From an uncultured Candidatus Methanogranum sp. (GTDB lineage Archaea; Thermoplasmatota; Thermoplasmata; Methanomassiliicoccales; Methanomethylophilaceae): DNA of 64,000 nt. The stretch covers positions 111,562 to 175,561 of the forward strand of contig CAZUIU010000004.1 in NCBI GenBank assembly GCA_964620455.1, written 5' to 3'. The stretch's first letter is position 1. Every line of letters starts with the position of its first letter. Under the pieces are notes generated by a model, which was not told the origin of the DNA, searched no databases, and saw only the letters and a list, made by a program, of their open reading frames with translations. The position numbers and the translations under genes are program-made. This document shows, piece by piece, positions 35,498 to 44,245 of this stretch.

Positions 35498-36043
35498 ATG
35501 ATTAACGACATCAAAATAGGCATCACAGGGCTCCCAGGTTCAGGAAAGACTTACGCGTTGCTACGCGTGATAGAGATGCTAAAAGAAGAGGGGCTCACCA
35601 TAGGCGGTATGATCGATGAACCAATTTCAGATGGAAGGCACAAAACTGGTTTCACTGTTAAGAACCTATTGACTGGGGAATCCCAGATTTTCGCCAGTCA
35701 GGAGATCGAAAGCAAGGTCATGATAGGTAAAATCGGTGTCGACCTCGCAAAATTCGAAGAGGTTAGCGTGGCAGCCATTAAGGATGCATGTGAAAAATGT
35801 GACATCATTGTGATAGATGAGGTCGGTAAAGTAGAGGTTGAGAGCCAGGCATTTATAGATGCTGTCAAGGACGCACTCGACGTCGACAAACCCATGATAC
35901 TCACACTTCATAAAAAATCAAGGAACCCTCTCCTCCAGGACATAAGGAGAAGGGATGACGTCAGGATCTTGGAAGTGACACCCACAAACAGAAACCTCCT
36001 GCCGTACAAGATAATTCGCCTCATGAAAGGTGAAAACGTCTGA
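35498..36043 (+). CDS. nucleoside-triphosphatase THEP1 family
   Basis: The start region is 'MINDIKIGITGLPGSGKTY' and Walker B is 'IIVIDEVGKVE'. The roughly 180-aa size fits. The track ORF begins at TTG 35444. Confidence 0.65.
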   Translation: MINDIKIGITGLPGSGKTYALLRVIEMLKEEGLTIGGMIDEPISDGRHKTGFTVKNLLTGESQIFASQEIESKVMIGKIGVDLAKFEEVSVAAIKDACEKCDIIVIDEVGKVEVESQAFIDAVKDALDVDKPMILTLHKKSRNPLLQDIRRRDDVRILEVTPTNRNLLPYKIIRLMKGENV

Positions 36044-37149
36044 TGAAACAAACCACTATATGCGAGGGTCCAACAAGGATAATCGTTCCTGAGGATCATT
36101 CCACACATGGACCGGGTACGAAAACCGGTGGTGTTTTTTTCAACGAACAGATGTCTTTCAACAGAGATATCAGTGTGATGTTTTTACGTTCCCTGGAAAA
36201 AAAGGAATTGACAGTGTGTGATGCCATGACAGCGACAGGATCAAGGGCCGTCAGGATTGCAAACGAAGTTCCCGGAACCATTGTCACAGCCAACGATATA
36301 AATCCTGATACAAAACCTATCATAGAAGCCAACATAAAGATCAACGGATTGTCTAACTGTAAAGCTTCCAATAGGAACATGCGCTCCCTCCTAGCAGAGG
36401 AATCCTTCGATTATGTGGATCTGGATCCGTTCGGATCCCCGGCACCCTACATACAATCCGCTATAGTCGGATGCAAGAAAAGAGGGATACTTGCTATAAC
36501 TGCCACCGACACCGCGCCCTTGGCCGGAGCTCATGCCGTCAAATGCCGGAGAAGATACCAATCCGAGCCAATACGGGGATATATGTGCCATGAAGGAGGA
36601 CTTCGCATACTTATGTGCACATTGGCAAAGGAACTGGCCAAATTCGACAGAGGTATGGAACCATTGCTATCATTCTACGCCGACCATTATCTGAGAACCT
36701 ACGTTCAGGTCACCGAGGGAGCGGACGCAGCGGATAGCACATTATCAAGATTGGGATACATGGGATATGATCCTACCACACTGGAAAGATCTACTTCTGA
36801 GAAATACGATGAATCCCACAAGTTCGGACCATTCTGGTTGGGTCCGCTTCACAATGCGAACCTTCTGAATTCAATGAGCACTGAGAAAACCGCCAACGAA
36901 AAAAGGTGTACGAAGATATTGGACATATGGAAGAACGAACTCGACGAGGTTTTCCTCTACGATCTCAGCGAACTTTCCTCTTTCACCAAGATGTCTCCTC
37001 CCAGATTAGAAGACATGATAGAATCATTGAATGCATACGGACATGCATCTAAAACCCATATGAGTCCCACATCATTCAAGACAGACCTGACATCGGACGA
37101 AGTGATATCGATATACAGATCCGCCAGCCCTGAGAACAGACACAACTGA
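36043..37149 (+). CDS. trm1: tRNA (guanine26-N2)-dimethyltransferase
   Basis: Conserved blocks are 'FFNEQMSFNRDISV', 'DAMTATGSRAVRIA' and 'VDLDPFGSPAPYI'. Confidence 0.8.
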   Translation: MKQTTICEGPTRIIVPEDHSTHGPGTKTGGVFFNEQMSFNRDISVMFLRSLEKKELTVCDAMTATGSRAVRIANEVPGTIVTANDINPDTKPIIEANIKINGLSNCKASNRNMRSLLAEESFDYVDLDPFGSPAPYIQSAIVGCKKRGILAITATDTAPLAGAHAVKCRRRYQSEPIRGYMCHEGGLRILMCTLAKELAKFDRGMEPLLSFYADHYLRTYVQVTEGADAADSTLSRLGYMGYDPTTLERSTSEKYDESHKFGPFWLGPLHNANLLNSMSTEKTANEKRCTKILDIWKNELDEVFLYDLSELSSFTKMSPPRLEDMIESLNAYGHASKTHMSPTSFKTDLTSDEVISIYRSASPENRHN

Positions 37150-37196
37150 GATAACTTTTATAGGCAATAATGATCTGACGAGGTATAGGTAAGTTC

Positions 37197-38504
37197 ATGC
37201 CAAGTCTTGCGATCATTGGTGCCCAGTGGGGCGACGAAGGTAAAGGAAAGATAACCGACTATCTTGATGAGAAAGCTGATCTCATCGTACGTTTTCAAGG
37301 AGGCAACAACGCCGGACACACCATAGTCGTCGGAGACAAAGTGTTCAAACTCCACGGATTACCGTCGGGAGTCGTGAGACCAGGAAAGATCGCGGTCATC
37401 GGAAACGGTGTGGTCGTGAACATGGAAGAGCTCATTGAAGAGATGGACCAGGTCGAATCCGAGGGAGGATCTCTGGAGGGACTCCGCATATCAGACAGGG
37501 CACATGTCATAATGAACTACCATAAGAAACTGGACGGTGCAGAGGAGAAATACCGCGGCAAGAATGTAGTCGGTACCACGAAGAAAGGTATCGGCCCCGC
37601 CTATCAAGATAAGATTGCCAGGATAGGTTTCAGAGCTGGAGATCTTTTGGAAGAGGATGTCCTCAGAGAGAAGATATCCTTCATACTGCCCTACAAGAAA
37701 GACCTTATGGACATGCTGGATGCAGAGAATTGCAACTGCACCGTGGAATCACTTTTCGACAAGATGATGGGATGGAAGAAAAGAGTGGGAGACTGCATAT
37801 GCGATACCTCCGTACTCATAAATGATTCCCTGGATAATGGCGGGAACGTCATGTTCGAAGGCGCACAAGGCGCGATGCTGGATATCGATCACGGTACATA
37901 CCCTTATGTCACATCCTCGGCTACATGCGGCGGAGGAGTCTGTACAGGTGCAGGAGTTGCACCGAACAGGATAGACAAGATAATCGGATGCCTGAAGGCG
38001 TACACTACGCGTGTGGGCGAAGGGCCCCTTGTTACCGAGCTCAGAGGGGAAGACGAGGAACGCCTTCAGAAGAAGGGCGGAGAATTCGGTGTGACAACTG
38101 GAAGAGGCAGAAGATGCGGTTGGCTCGATCTGGTCGTCGCAGAGCATGCATCCAGAATGTGCGGTTTCACCTCCCTTGCAATAACCAAACTGGATGTTCT
38201 GAACGATTACGATATCATCCCGGTCTGCACAGCATATGAAATCGATGGCAAAGTGGAGAAACACTTCCCCGCATCTATATCCAAGATCAAAAGAGCGAAA
38301 CCCGTATATGAGGAACTGAAAGGGTGGAAATCATGGAACGACACCGATGCCGTCCTTAAAGGGGGATATGATGCCCTGCCAGATGAGATGAAACATTATA
38401 TCAGATTCATAGAAGAGGAACTTAAAGTCCCTGCTGACCTGATAAGTATAGGTCCCAAGAGGGATGAGACCATAGACCGCAGAAATGACCAGTGGTGGAA
38501 CTGA
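37197..38504 (+). CDS. purA: adenylosuccinate synthase
   Basis: Conserved blocks are 'GAQWGDEGKGKITD', 'GGNNAGHT', 'TTKKGIGPAY' and 'FGVTTGRGRRCGW'. Confidence 0.9.
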   Translation: MPSLAIIGAQWGDEGKGKITDYLDEKADLIVRFQGGNNAGHTIVVGDKVFKLHGLPSGVVRPGKIAVIGNGVVVNMEELIEEMDQVESEGGSLEGLRISDRAHVIMNYHKKLDGAEEKYRGKNVVGTTKKGIGPAYQDKIARIGFRAGDLLEEDVLREKISFILPYKKDLMDMLDAENCNCTVESLFDKMMGWKKRVGDCICDTSVLINDSLDNGGNVMFEGAQGAMLDIDHGTYPYVTSSATCGGGVCTGAGVAPNRIDKIIGCLKAYTTRVGEGPLVTELRGEDEERLQKKGGEFGVTTGRGRRCGWLDLVVAEHASRMCGFTSLAITKLDVLNDYDIIPVCTAYEIDGKVEKHFPASISKIKRAKPVYEELKGWKSWNDTDAVLKGGYDALPDEMKHYIRFIEEELKVPADLISIGPKRDETIDRRNDQWWN

Positions 38505-38511
38505 TTAGATC

Positions 38512-40056
38512 TCACAAAGGAATCTGGCCGGTGTCACCCACCAGATATCCTTTGGCGATCCTTTCGAACTCTCCAACATTAGCCGGATACCAGGATCTGA
38601 AATCAGACCCTTGAGATTCGACAGCCTTACCTACATCCTCCAGGAACGATGGTACATCCTTCTGCAATATTTTACCGATCGGAGTCCCAAAACATTCCTC
38701 CCCAGCCATATGTGACCCGTTCACCGACACCAGAAACGCAGGCTGTGATTCTCCGTTCGAATCCCTCACCGAGGTCCCCTGAAGGCCTATTATGCCTATC
38801 TGATGCGCAGCACAGGACGATGTGCATCCTGATATCCGGATACGTGGCAACACACCGTCACGGAATGTGTTCCTTCTGGACATCTCAACGAGTTCATCAA
38901 GAAGGCCGCGCGAATCCCTCAGACCCTGTTGACATATCGTCGAACCGACACATGATACGGAGGTCTCGAAAAGATTGATGGCTCCGTCATCCGTTATAAT
39001 TTGAACCCTCTCGGCCTCTTTTGCATTACAGTTTATTATGTACAATGTCTGATCGGGCGATGTGCGCAGCTCCACACCAGGCATATCCTTTATGGTTTCG
39101 TAGATCTCCCTAAACTTTCCAGGTCTGGGATCTCCGCCAACTGCATGGTATTCCACATAATACAGCCCATCCTGCTTCTGAGAATGAACCCTCGGCATAT
39201 CAATTGATCCTTTGCCCTTTTTCAGAATCGGAATGATCTCCGGATCCATATCCAATCCGCCATATTTGAGGGACTCTTCTAGTTCAGAACAGAACGCCTT
39301 CCTGTAACCTTCCTCCCCCAATGTCTCCTGCATGTAACGAGTCCTGGCCCTCGACCTGTTCTCGTAATCACCATGTTTGACAAATGTCCTGACCATAGCC
39401 CTCACATAGTAAAGCACAAGCGTGGGATCCACATCTTCGGCCACCAGAAGACCCATACGAGGATCCTTACCGAGACCGCCCGCACTGTACACATCGAATC
39501 TGCCATCCGACCTGGCCAGGAATCCGAGATCCCTGAAAGTTGCATGGACCTCATTCCTCTTTGAGTTGGAAAAACCGACCTTCAACTTCCTGGGTAGTTT
39601 AACATTACCTATGATTGATAACAGGTAACCCTCAACAACCCTCGCATAAGGCAGTATATCGAAACACTCATCGATCTCGACACCGGAAAGCGGAGATGCC
39701 GTGACATTACGTGGAAAATCTCCACCTCCTCCGAGAGTCATTATTCCATGTTCTATGGCTTCTTTCACCAGATTACATGCATCTTCACCATCCAAACCAT
39801 GGAGCTGCACGGCTTGACATGTGGTCTGATGCACGAAATCTACCCCGTATCTCTCTATACTTTCAACAATGAAACGGAGTCTGTCTACATCTATGGCACC
39901 TCCGACCAGGCGGAGACGTACCATGCTCTTGGACATACCCTTCTGAGCATAACTGCCGAACCCACCGGATATGCTCTTGTACTCCTTCACACTGGACTTT
40001 CCGGCATAGAACCTCCGTGTGGCCTCACGGAAGTCCTCCAGATCCATCGCAGTCAT
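38512..40056 (-). CDS. siroheme-[4Fe-4S] sulfite/nitrite reductase-type hemoprotein
   Basis: The classical coupling motif is present as 'CVGSTIC' (CX5C) plus 'CTSSC' (CX3C). A duplicated nitrite/sulfite reductase ferredoxin-like half-domain layout is visible. The start overlaps the ubiD-like stop (ATGA). Confidence 0.7.
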   Translation of the reverse strand: MTAMDLEDFREATRRFYAGKSSVKEYKSISGGFGSYAQKGMSKSMVRLRLVGGAIDVDRLRFIVESIERYGVDFVHQTTCQAVQLHGLDGEDACNLVKEAIEHGIMTLGGGGDFPRNVTASPLSGVEIDECFDILPYARVVEGYLLSIIGNVKLPRKLKVGFSNSKRNEVHATFRDLGFLARSDGRFDVYSAGGLGKDPRMGLLVAEDVDPTLVLYYVRAMVRTFVKHGDYENRSRARTRYMQETLGEEGYRKAFCSELEESLKYGGLDMDPEIIPILKKGKGSIDMPRVHSQKQDGLYYVEYHAVGGDPRPGKFREIYETIKDMPGVELRTSPDQTLYIINCNAKEAERVQIITDDGAINLFETSVSCVGSTICQQGLRDSRGLLDELVEMSRRNTFRDGVLPRIRISGCTSSCAAHQIGIIGLQGTSVRDSNGESQPAFLVSVNGSHMAGEECFGTPIGKILQKDVPSFLEDVGKAVESQGSDFRSWYPANVGEFERIAKGYLVGDTGQIPL

Positions 40057-41312
40057 AACGTGGCCTTTTTGAACATCTTCTTATCTGAATCCAATGGAAT
40101 AGTCGCATCGAATCCGACTTTGTATGTTGTACCATGCGTACTAGGATCCAAAGAAGAACCTGCCGCTCCGGGTATCTTGATTATTCTGTCCCCCTGCATC
40201 CTAGTAGCCACCGCCCATTCCACTTCACGGTCGTCGAATATGTTTATGTCATCGTCGACAACTATGACGTTCTTCATGGAAGGATGACCTGTGAATGCGG
40301 CAAGTATCGCGTTCACACCATCCCCCTCCTTGTTCTTGGTTATGGATACCACTCCGTTGAGCCAACAACACCCTCCCTCGGTCAGACGAACGTTCCTAAC
40401 CCTGGGCACAGCCTGCCTCACCGTTTTGAATATCATGGGTTCCCTTGGAAGTCCCATGAGCAAGAAATGATCGTATCCTCCGGGAAGCAGAAGGTGGAAA
40501 TAAGGATCTGTGTTGGACCAGACTTTGTCGATTTTTATAACTGGCTGACTGCGGACGTAATCATACGTTCCCGTTATGTCCACAAAAGGCCCTTCCTGAG
40601 TGGTCTCTAGGGTTATCCTTCCCTCCATGACATAATCACACTCTGACGGGACCAGTATGCCATTATCACATCTTCCGACCTTCAACGGAGAACCGTGGTC
40701 CCTGTTCATAAGAGAAGAAGCTACCCTTAACTCATCCCCTCCGTAATCCATGGCAACGGCCGCGGACAGGAGGACCTCCACAGGTGCACCTACGCAGATG
40801 GCTATGTTCAACTCCTTACCGGAGTTCTTGGATTCCGTGAACATGGTGTAAAGATGCCTGGGCACCAAACGGACAGCGATACTGTTCTTATCCATTATCA
40901 TCATCCGATGGAACGAGACATTCCTTTTCCCGTCGAATTCCGCTATGATTACACCCGCTGTGATGTAGCGTCCCCCGTCCTCCGGGAAATACTTGGGTAT
41001 AGGTAATGAGGTCAGATCTACATCCAATTCCCTGGATCTGAACACCGGGTCATCGACCTCCACAGTATCCATCGGCATATCGATTGCTGTCATCAGACTT
41101 TCCACGATGCCATCGGGGGATATCCCCATGGATTCGGCTATCTTCTTCCTTGTCGAGAAGACGTTACCGGCAGCTTTGCCGCCATTGAGATCCTTGAAGA
41201 TGAAAGTGGTCTCCTGATCACTCGTGAGAATCCTGGTGACTTCGCAGGAATCAGAATCTATCGTATCATCCACAACACGAACGTTTCCATGGAACGAGTC
41301 CTTCAAAGACAT
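40053..41312 (-). CDS. UbiD-family (prFMN-dependent) decarboxylase
   Basis: Conserved blocks are 'AVRLVPRHLY', 'GPFVDITGTYD' and 'VVVDDDINIFD'. The protein is about 420 aa. I prefer the start at ATG 41312 because of a TATA-like box 25 nt upstream; the alternative is ATG 41330. Confidence 0.75.
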   Translation of the reverse strand: MSLKDSFHGNVRVVDDTIDSDSCEVTRILTSDQETTFIFKDLNGGKAAGNVFSTRKKIAESMGISPDGIVESLMTAIDMPMDTVEVDDPVFRSRELDVDLTSLPIPKYFPEDGGRYITAGVIIAEFDGKRNVSFHRMMIMDKNSIAVRLVPRHLYTMFTESKNSGKELNIAICVGAPVEVLLSAAVAMDYGGDELRVASSLMNRDHGSPLKVGRCDNGILVPSECDYVMEGRITLETTQEGPFVDITGTYDYVRSQPVIKIDKVWSNTDPYFHLLLPGGYDHFLLMGLPREPMIFKTVRQAVPRVRNVRLTEGGCCWLNGVVSITKNKEGDGVNAILAAFTGHPSMKNVIVVDDDINIFDDREVEWAVATRMQGDRIIKIPGAAGSSLDPSTHGTTYKVGFDATIPLDSDKKMFKKATL

Positions 41313-41332
41313 GCATAAGCCATCGCACATAC

Positions 41333-41340
41333 AATATTTA
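41333..41340 (-). promoter_or_regulatory. TATA-like box for the ubiD-like/sulfite reductase-like pair
   Basis: The minus strand reads TAAATATT, centred about 25 nt upstream of ATG 41312. Confidence 0.3.
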
Positions 41341-41485
41341 GTCGTATCCTGAACTGATATTGATTCTATTGATAAGAGCCCCAGACATCTTAGTATATGT
41401 ACGTAAACATGGAAAAACAGAACCCATGAAAAAGCAAAAAAGCAAACGTTAATAACTATCCAAACAGTACTTGTAACGATTGCAC

Positions 41486-41956
41486 ATGATGTACGGCATA
41501 GATTGGAAGAAGATGATACTCTGCCTTGCGATATGCTTGATTGCCGGCATGGTATCCGGTCTGTTGACGGTTAACAGCCCCGAAGTATACGGTAACCTCA
41601 AACTCCCTGATATCTCACCGCCTGGTTTCCTTTTCCCGATAGTATGGACGATACTTTACATCCTGATGGGCATATCACTCTACCTGATTGTGGAATCCGA
41701 CGCACCCATGCGTAAGATGGGACTGATGATATTCTGTGCACAGTTGATTGTCAACTTCATTTGGGCACCAATATTCTTCACTTATGGGGAATATCTGTTG
41801 GCATTCGTTCTCGCAGTGTTGCTGTGGATACTTGTTGCCGCGATGATATTGACGTTCATGAAGATCGACAGAAGGGCTGCATACATACAAGTGCCCTATC
41901 TGATATGGCTGGTAGTAGCCTGTTATCTGAGCTACAGTGTCTATGTGTTGAACTGA
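41486..41956 (+). CDS. tspO: TspO/MBR tryptophan-rich sensory protein
   Basis: It has five TM helices with 'PPGFLFPIVWTILYILMG' and 'NFIWAPIFF'. The first ATG is 41486; the track start 41480 is a TTG. Confidence 0.8.
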   Translation: MMYGIDWKKMILCLAICLIAGMVSGLLTVNSPEVYGNLKLPDISPPGFLFPIVWTILYILMGISLYLIVESDAPMRKMGLMIFCAQLIVNFIWAPIFFTYGEYLLAFVLAVLLWILVAAMILTFMKIDRRAAYIQVPYLIWLVVACYLSYSVYVLN

Positions 41957-41980
41957 TCGTAGACTCGCTTAATCGGCTTC

Positions 41981-42841
41981 CTATCCGACAAACCGGCAGA
42001 TTGGGTCGAAGTAACTGTTCCCCTTGAACCTGCTCAACCACAACCTCATATCTTCGGGGGTCACCCAACCTTTTTTCAAAGCAACCATCTCAGGACTGCC
42101 GACCAGTTCCCCGTCCCTCTCGATGAGACGCACTGCGTTACAGGCCTCTGCCATGGATTCGAAAGTCCCTGTGTCCATCCACATGACATCCTCATCCAAC
42201 AACTTGACACTCAGCAAACCATCCCTGAGATACGATATATTGAGGTCAGTGATCTCCAGCTCACCACGTTTCGAAGGCGTCAATTTTTCAGCACGGTCGG
42301 AAGCGGTACCATCATAGAAATAAAGCCCCACAACCGCGTAATCTGATTTAGGATTCTCGGGTTTCTCCTCCAGTGAAAGGACCGTGCCATTATCATCGAA
42401 ACCGACAACGCCGAATCTTTTAGGATCGGCCACCCTGTAACCGAACACCACAGCAGGTTCGTATGATTCTGCTGCCTCTTTCACGAGATCGTCAATCCCT
42501 CTGCCATGAAATACGTTGTCCCCCAATATGAGAACAACCCTGTCACCAGCAATGTAATCTCTAGCAATTAAGAAAGCATCCGCTATACCACGTTGAACCG
42601 GCTGTACGGCATAGCTTATCCTGACACCGAATTGTGATCCGTCACCTAGCGTTCTCCTGAATGTCTCCTTGTCACTTTCGCTGACTATTATCAGTATATC
42701 CCGGATACCAGCGGTCATGAGGGTACACAGAGGATAGTATAGCATTGGCTTGTCGTATATGGTCAGCAGTATTTTGGATACTGGCAACGACGCCGGATAC
42801 AACCTGGTGCCATTACCGGCAGCAAGGATTATTCCCTTCAT
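41981..42841 (-). CDS. rfbA: glucose-1-phosphate thymidylyltransferase
   Basis: Conserved blocks are 'MKGIILAAGNGTRLYPASLPVSKILLTIYDKPMLYYPL' and 'LILGDNVFHG'. It is the only CDS in the window that ends in TAG. Confidence 0.85.
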   Translation of the reverse strand: MKGIILAAGNGTRLYPASLPVSKILLTIYDKPMLYYPLCTLMTAGIRDILIIVSESDKETFRRTLGDGSQFGVRISYAVQPVQRGIADAFLIARDYIAGDRVVLILGDNVFHGRGIDDLVKEAAESYEPAVVFGYRVADPKRFGVVGFDDNGTVLSLEEKPENPKSDYAVVGLYFYDGTASDRAEKLTPSKRGELEITDLNISYLRDGLLSVKLLDEDVMWMDTGTFESMAEACNAVRLIERDGELVGSPEMVALKKGWVTPEDMRLWLSRFKGNSYFDPICRFVG

Positions 42842-43125
42842 GCATCAGCATCAGTCACATCATATTTGAATGATTTTTCAGATCGGCTAGAGCATAACTC
42901 AGATATCGTAAACATCTCATATTTTGACATTACTATGCTCCTACGCATGCGTCCAGGGTTAGAATAAACAGTTAAGCCTGACACGATACTATATAAGGGT
43001 TCGAAGGATAATACGGAAACCAGGTTGGAACATCTTTCAGTTAATCGACAGAGTCGGATTTCTCATCGATGATATGACTGTATGGATTGATGACATCATC
43101 CCCAACTGCAACGGGAGCATAAACA

Positions 43126-44154
43126 ATGAAGATGAACTCCGAATCACTACAACAGATGGAATCCGAAATAAGCGGATTCCCCAAAAATCTGTCAGAAGCC
43201 CTTGGCATGAACTCAGGTGTCAGCAAACACTACGGGAACGTGTTGATATGCGGAATGGGTGCTTCAGCGATCGGCGGCGAGATCTTTGCCAACTCCATGT
43301 ACTACACATCCAAGGTATGCGTCACAACAGCTAAGACTATGGCCTTGCCGTACTGGGTCGGAAACGACACATTGTTCATCGCGTGCAGTTACTCGGGCAA
43401 CACATTCGAAACCGTGTCCATGTACGAGATGGCTGTGAAAAAAGAATTGGACACCATGGTTATAACCGCAGGGGGCAGATTAGAGGAGTTGGCCCTTGAA
43501 AACGGATCCATGATAATGAAGATCGGCGGTGAACCCATACAGCCGCGCAGTGCGATAGGTTGGTTCATAGGACTGTTAGCAGGAATAATAGAGGATGTGG
43601 GAGGGCCGAATCTTCGGGACAAACTTAAGGCTATACTTCCCAATGTATTCCAATACAGCGACGAGATGGACAGAGCGGGTTCCATACCGTGGAAGATAGC
43701 CAGCCAGATAACCAACAGAACCCCTATAATCTACTCCGTACCGAACATGGCAGCAGTGGCCATGAGATGGAAGACACAGATTAACGAAAACTCCAAGATG
43801 ATAGCTTTCTCAGGAGTCATGCCAGAATTCAACCACAACGAAATAGTCGGTTGGTGCAACGATCCCCTGAAATCCAAATTCATACCCATTCTGATCAAAG
43901 AGGACAGCGACGTCGAGATAACCAAGACCCTTAACGCCACACTCAACACCCTGAAGGATAACGGAGTAAATCCCCTGGTAGTCGATTCCAAAGGTGATGA
44001 CCTACTGGAACGCACCATATACTCATTGATGGTCGGTGACTACACCTCCTTGTTCATAGCGAACAATCTCAATATCGATCCATTGAATGTCGACTCCATA
44101 GTGAATGTTAAGAGACACCTTAAGTCAGAATGTGAGAAGGATTCGAAAATCTGA
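43126..44154 (+). CDS. SIS-domain bifunctional phosphoglucose/phosphomannose isomerase-like protein
   Basis: The SIS motif region is 'VLICGMGASAIGGE...ACSYSGNTFET'. Size and two-SIS layout match archaeal PGI/PMI. Confidence 0.6.
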   Translation: MKMNSESLQQMESEISGFPKNLSEALGMNSGVSKHYGNVLICGMGASAIGGEIFANSMYYTSKVCVTTAKTMALPYWVGNDTLFIACSYSGNTFETVSMYEMAVKKELDTMVITAGGRLEELALENGSMIMKIGGEPIQPRSAIGWFIGLLAGIIEDVGGPNLRDKLKAILPNVFQYSDEMDRAGSIPWKIASQITNRTPIIYSVPNMAAVAMRWKTQINENSKMIAFSGVMPEFNHNEIVGWCNDPLKSKFIPILIKEDSDVEITKTLNATLNTLKDNGVNPLVVDSKGDDLLERTIYSLMVGDYTSLFIANNLNIDPLNVDSIVNVKRHLKSECEKDSKI

Positions 44155-44245
44155 ATCCTTTATTCTGAGACTTAGAATCCATAAACCATGCCCATACATC
44201 GTTCAAAAAGCGAATGATAAATACGGGAATCAGAATGTCCGTAGT

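Noticed and set aside
38512-40056. F420-dependent sulfite reductase (Fsr)
   Set aside because: Fsr has an N-terminal FrhB/FpoF-like F420H2 dehydrogenase half. This 514-aa protein consists only of nitrite/sulfite-reductase-type domains.
42997-43007. tRNA T-arm-like 'GGGTTCGAAGG'
   Set aside because: The flanking sequence cannot form acceptor, D or anticodon stems, and the T-stem is not complementary. I found no tRNA anywhere in the window.
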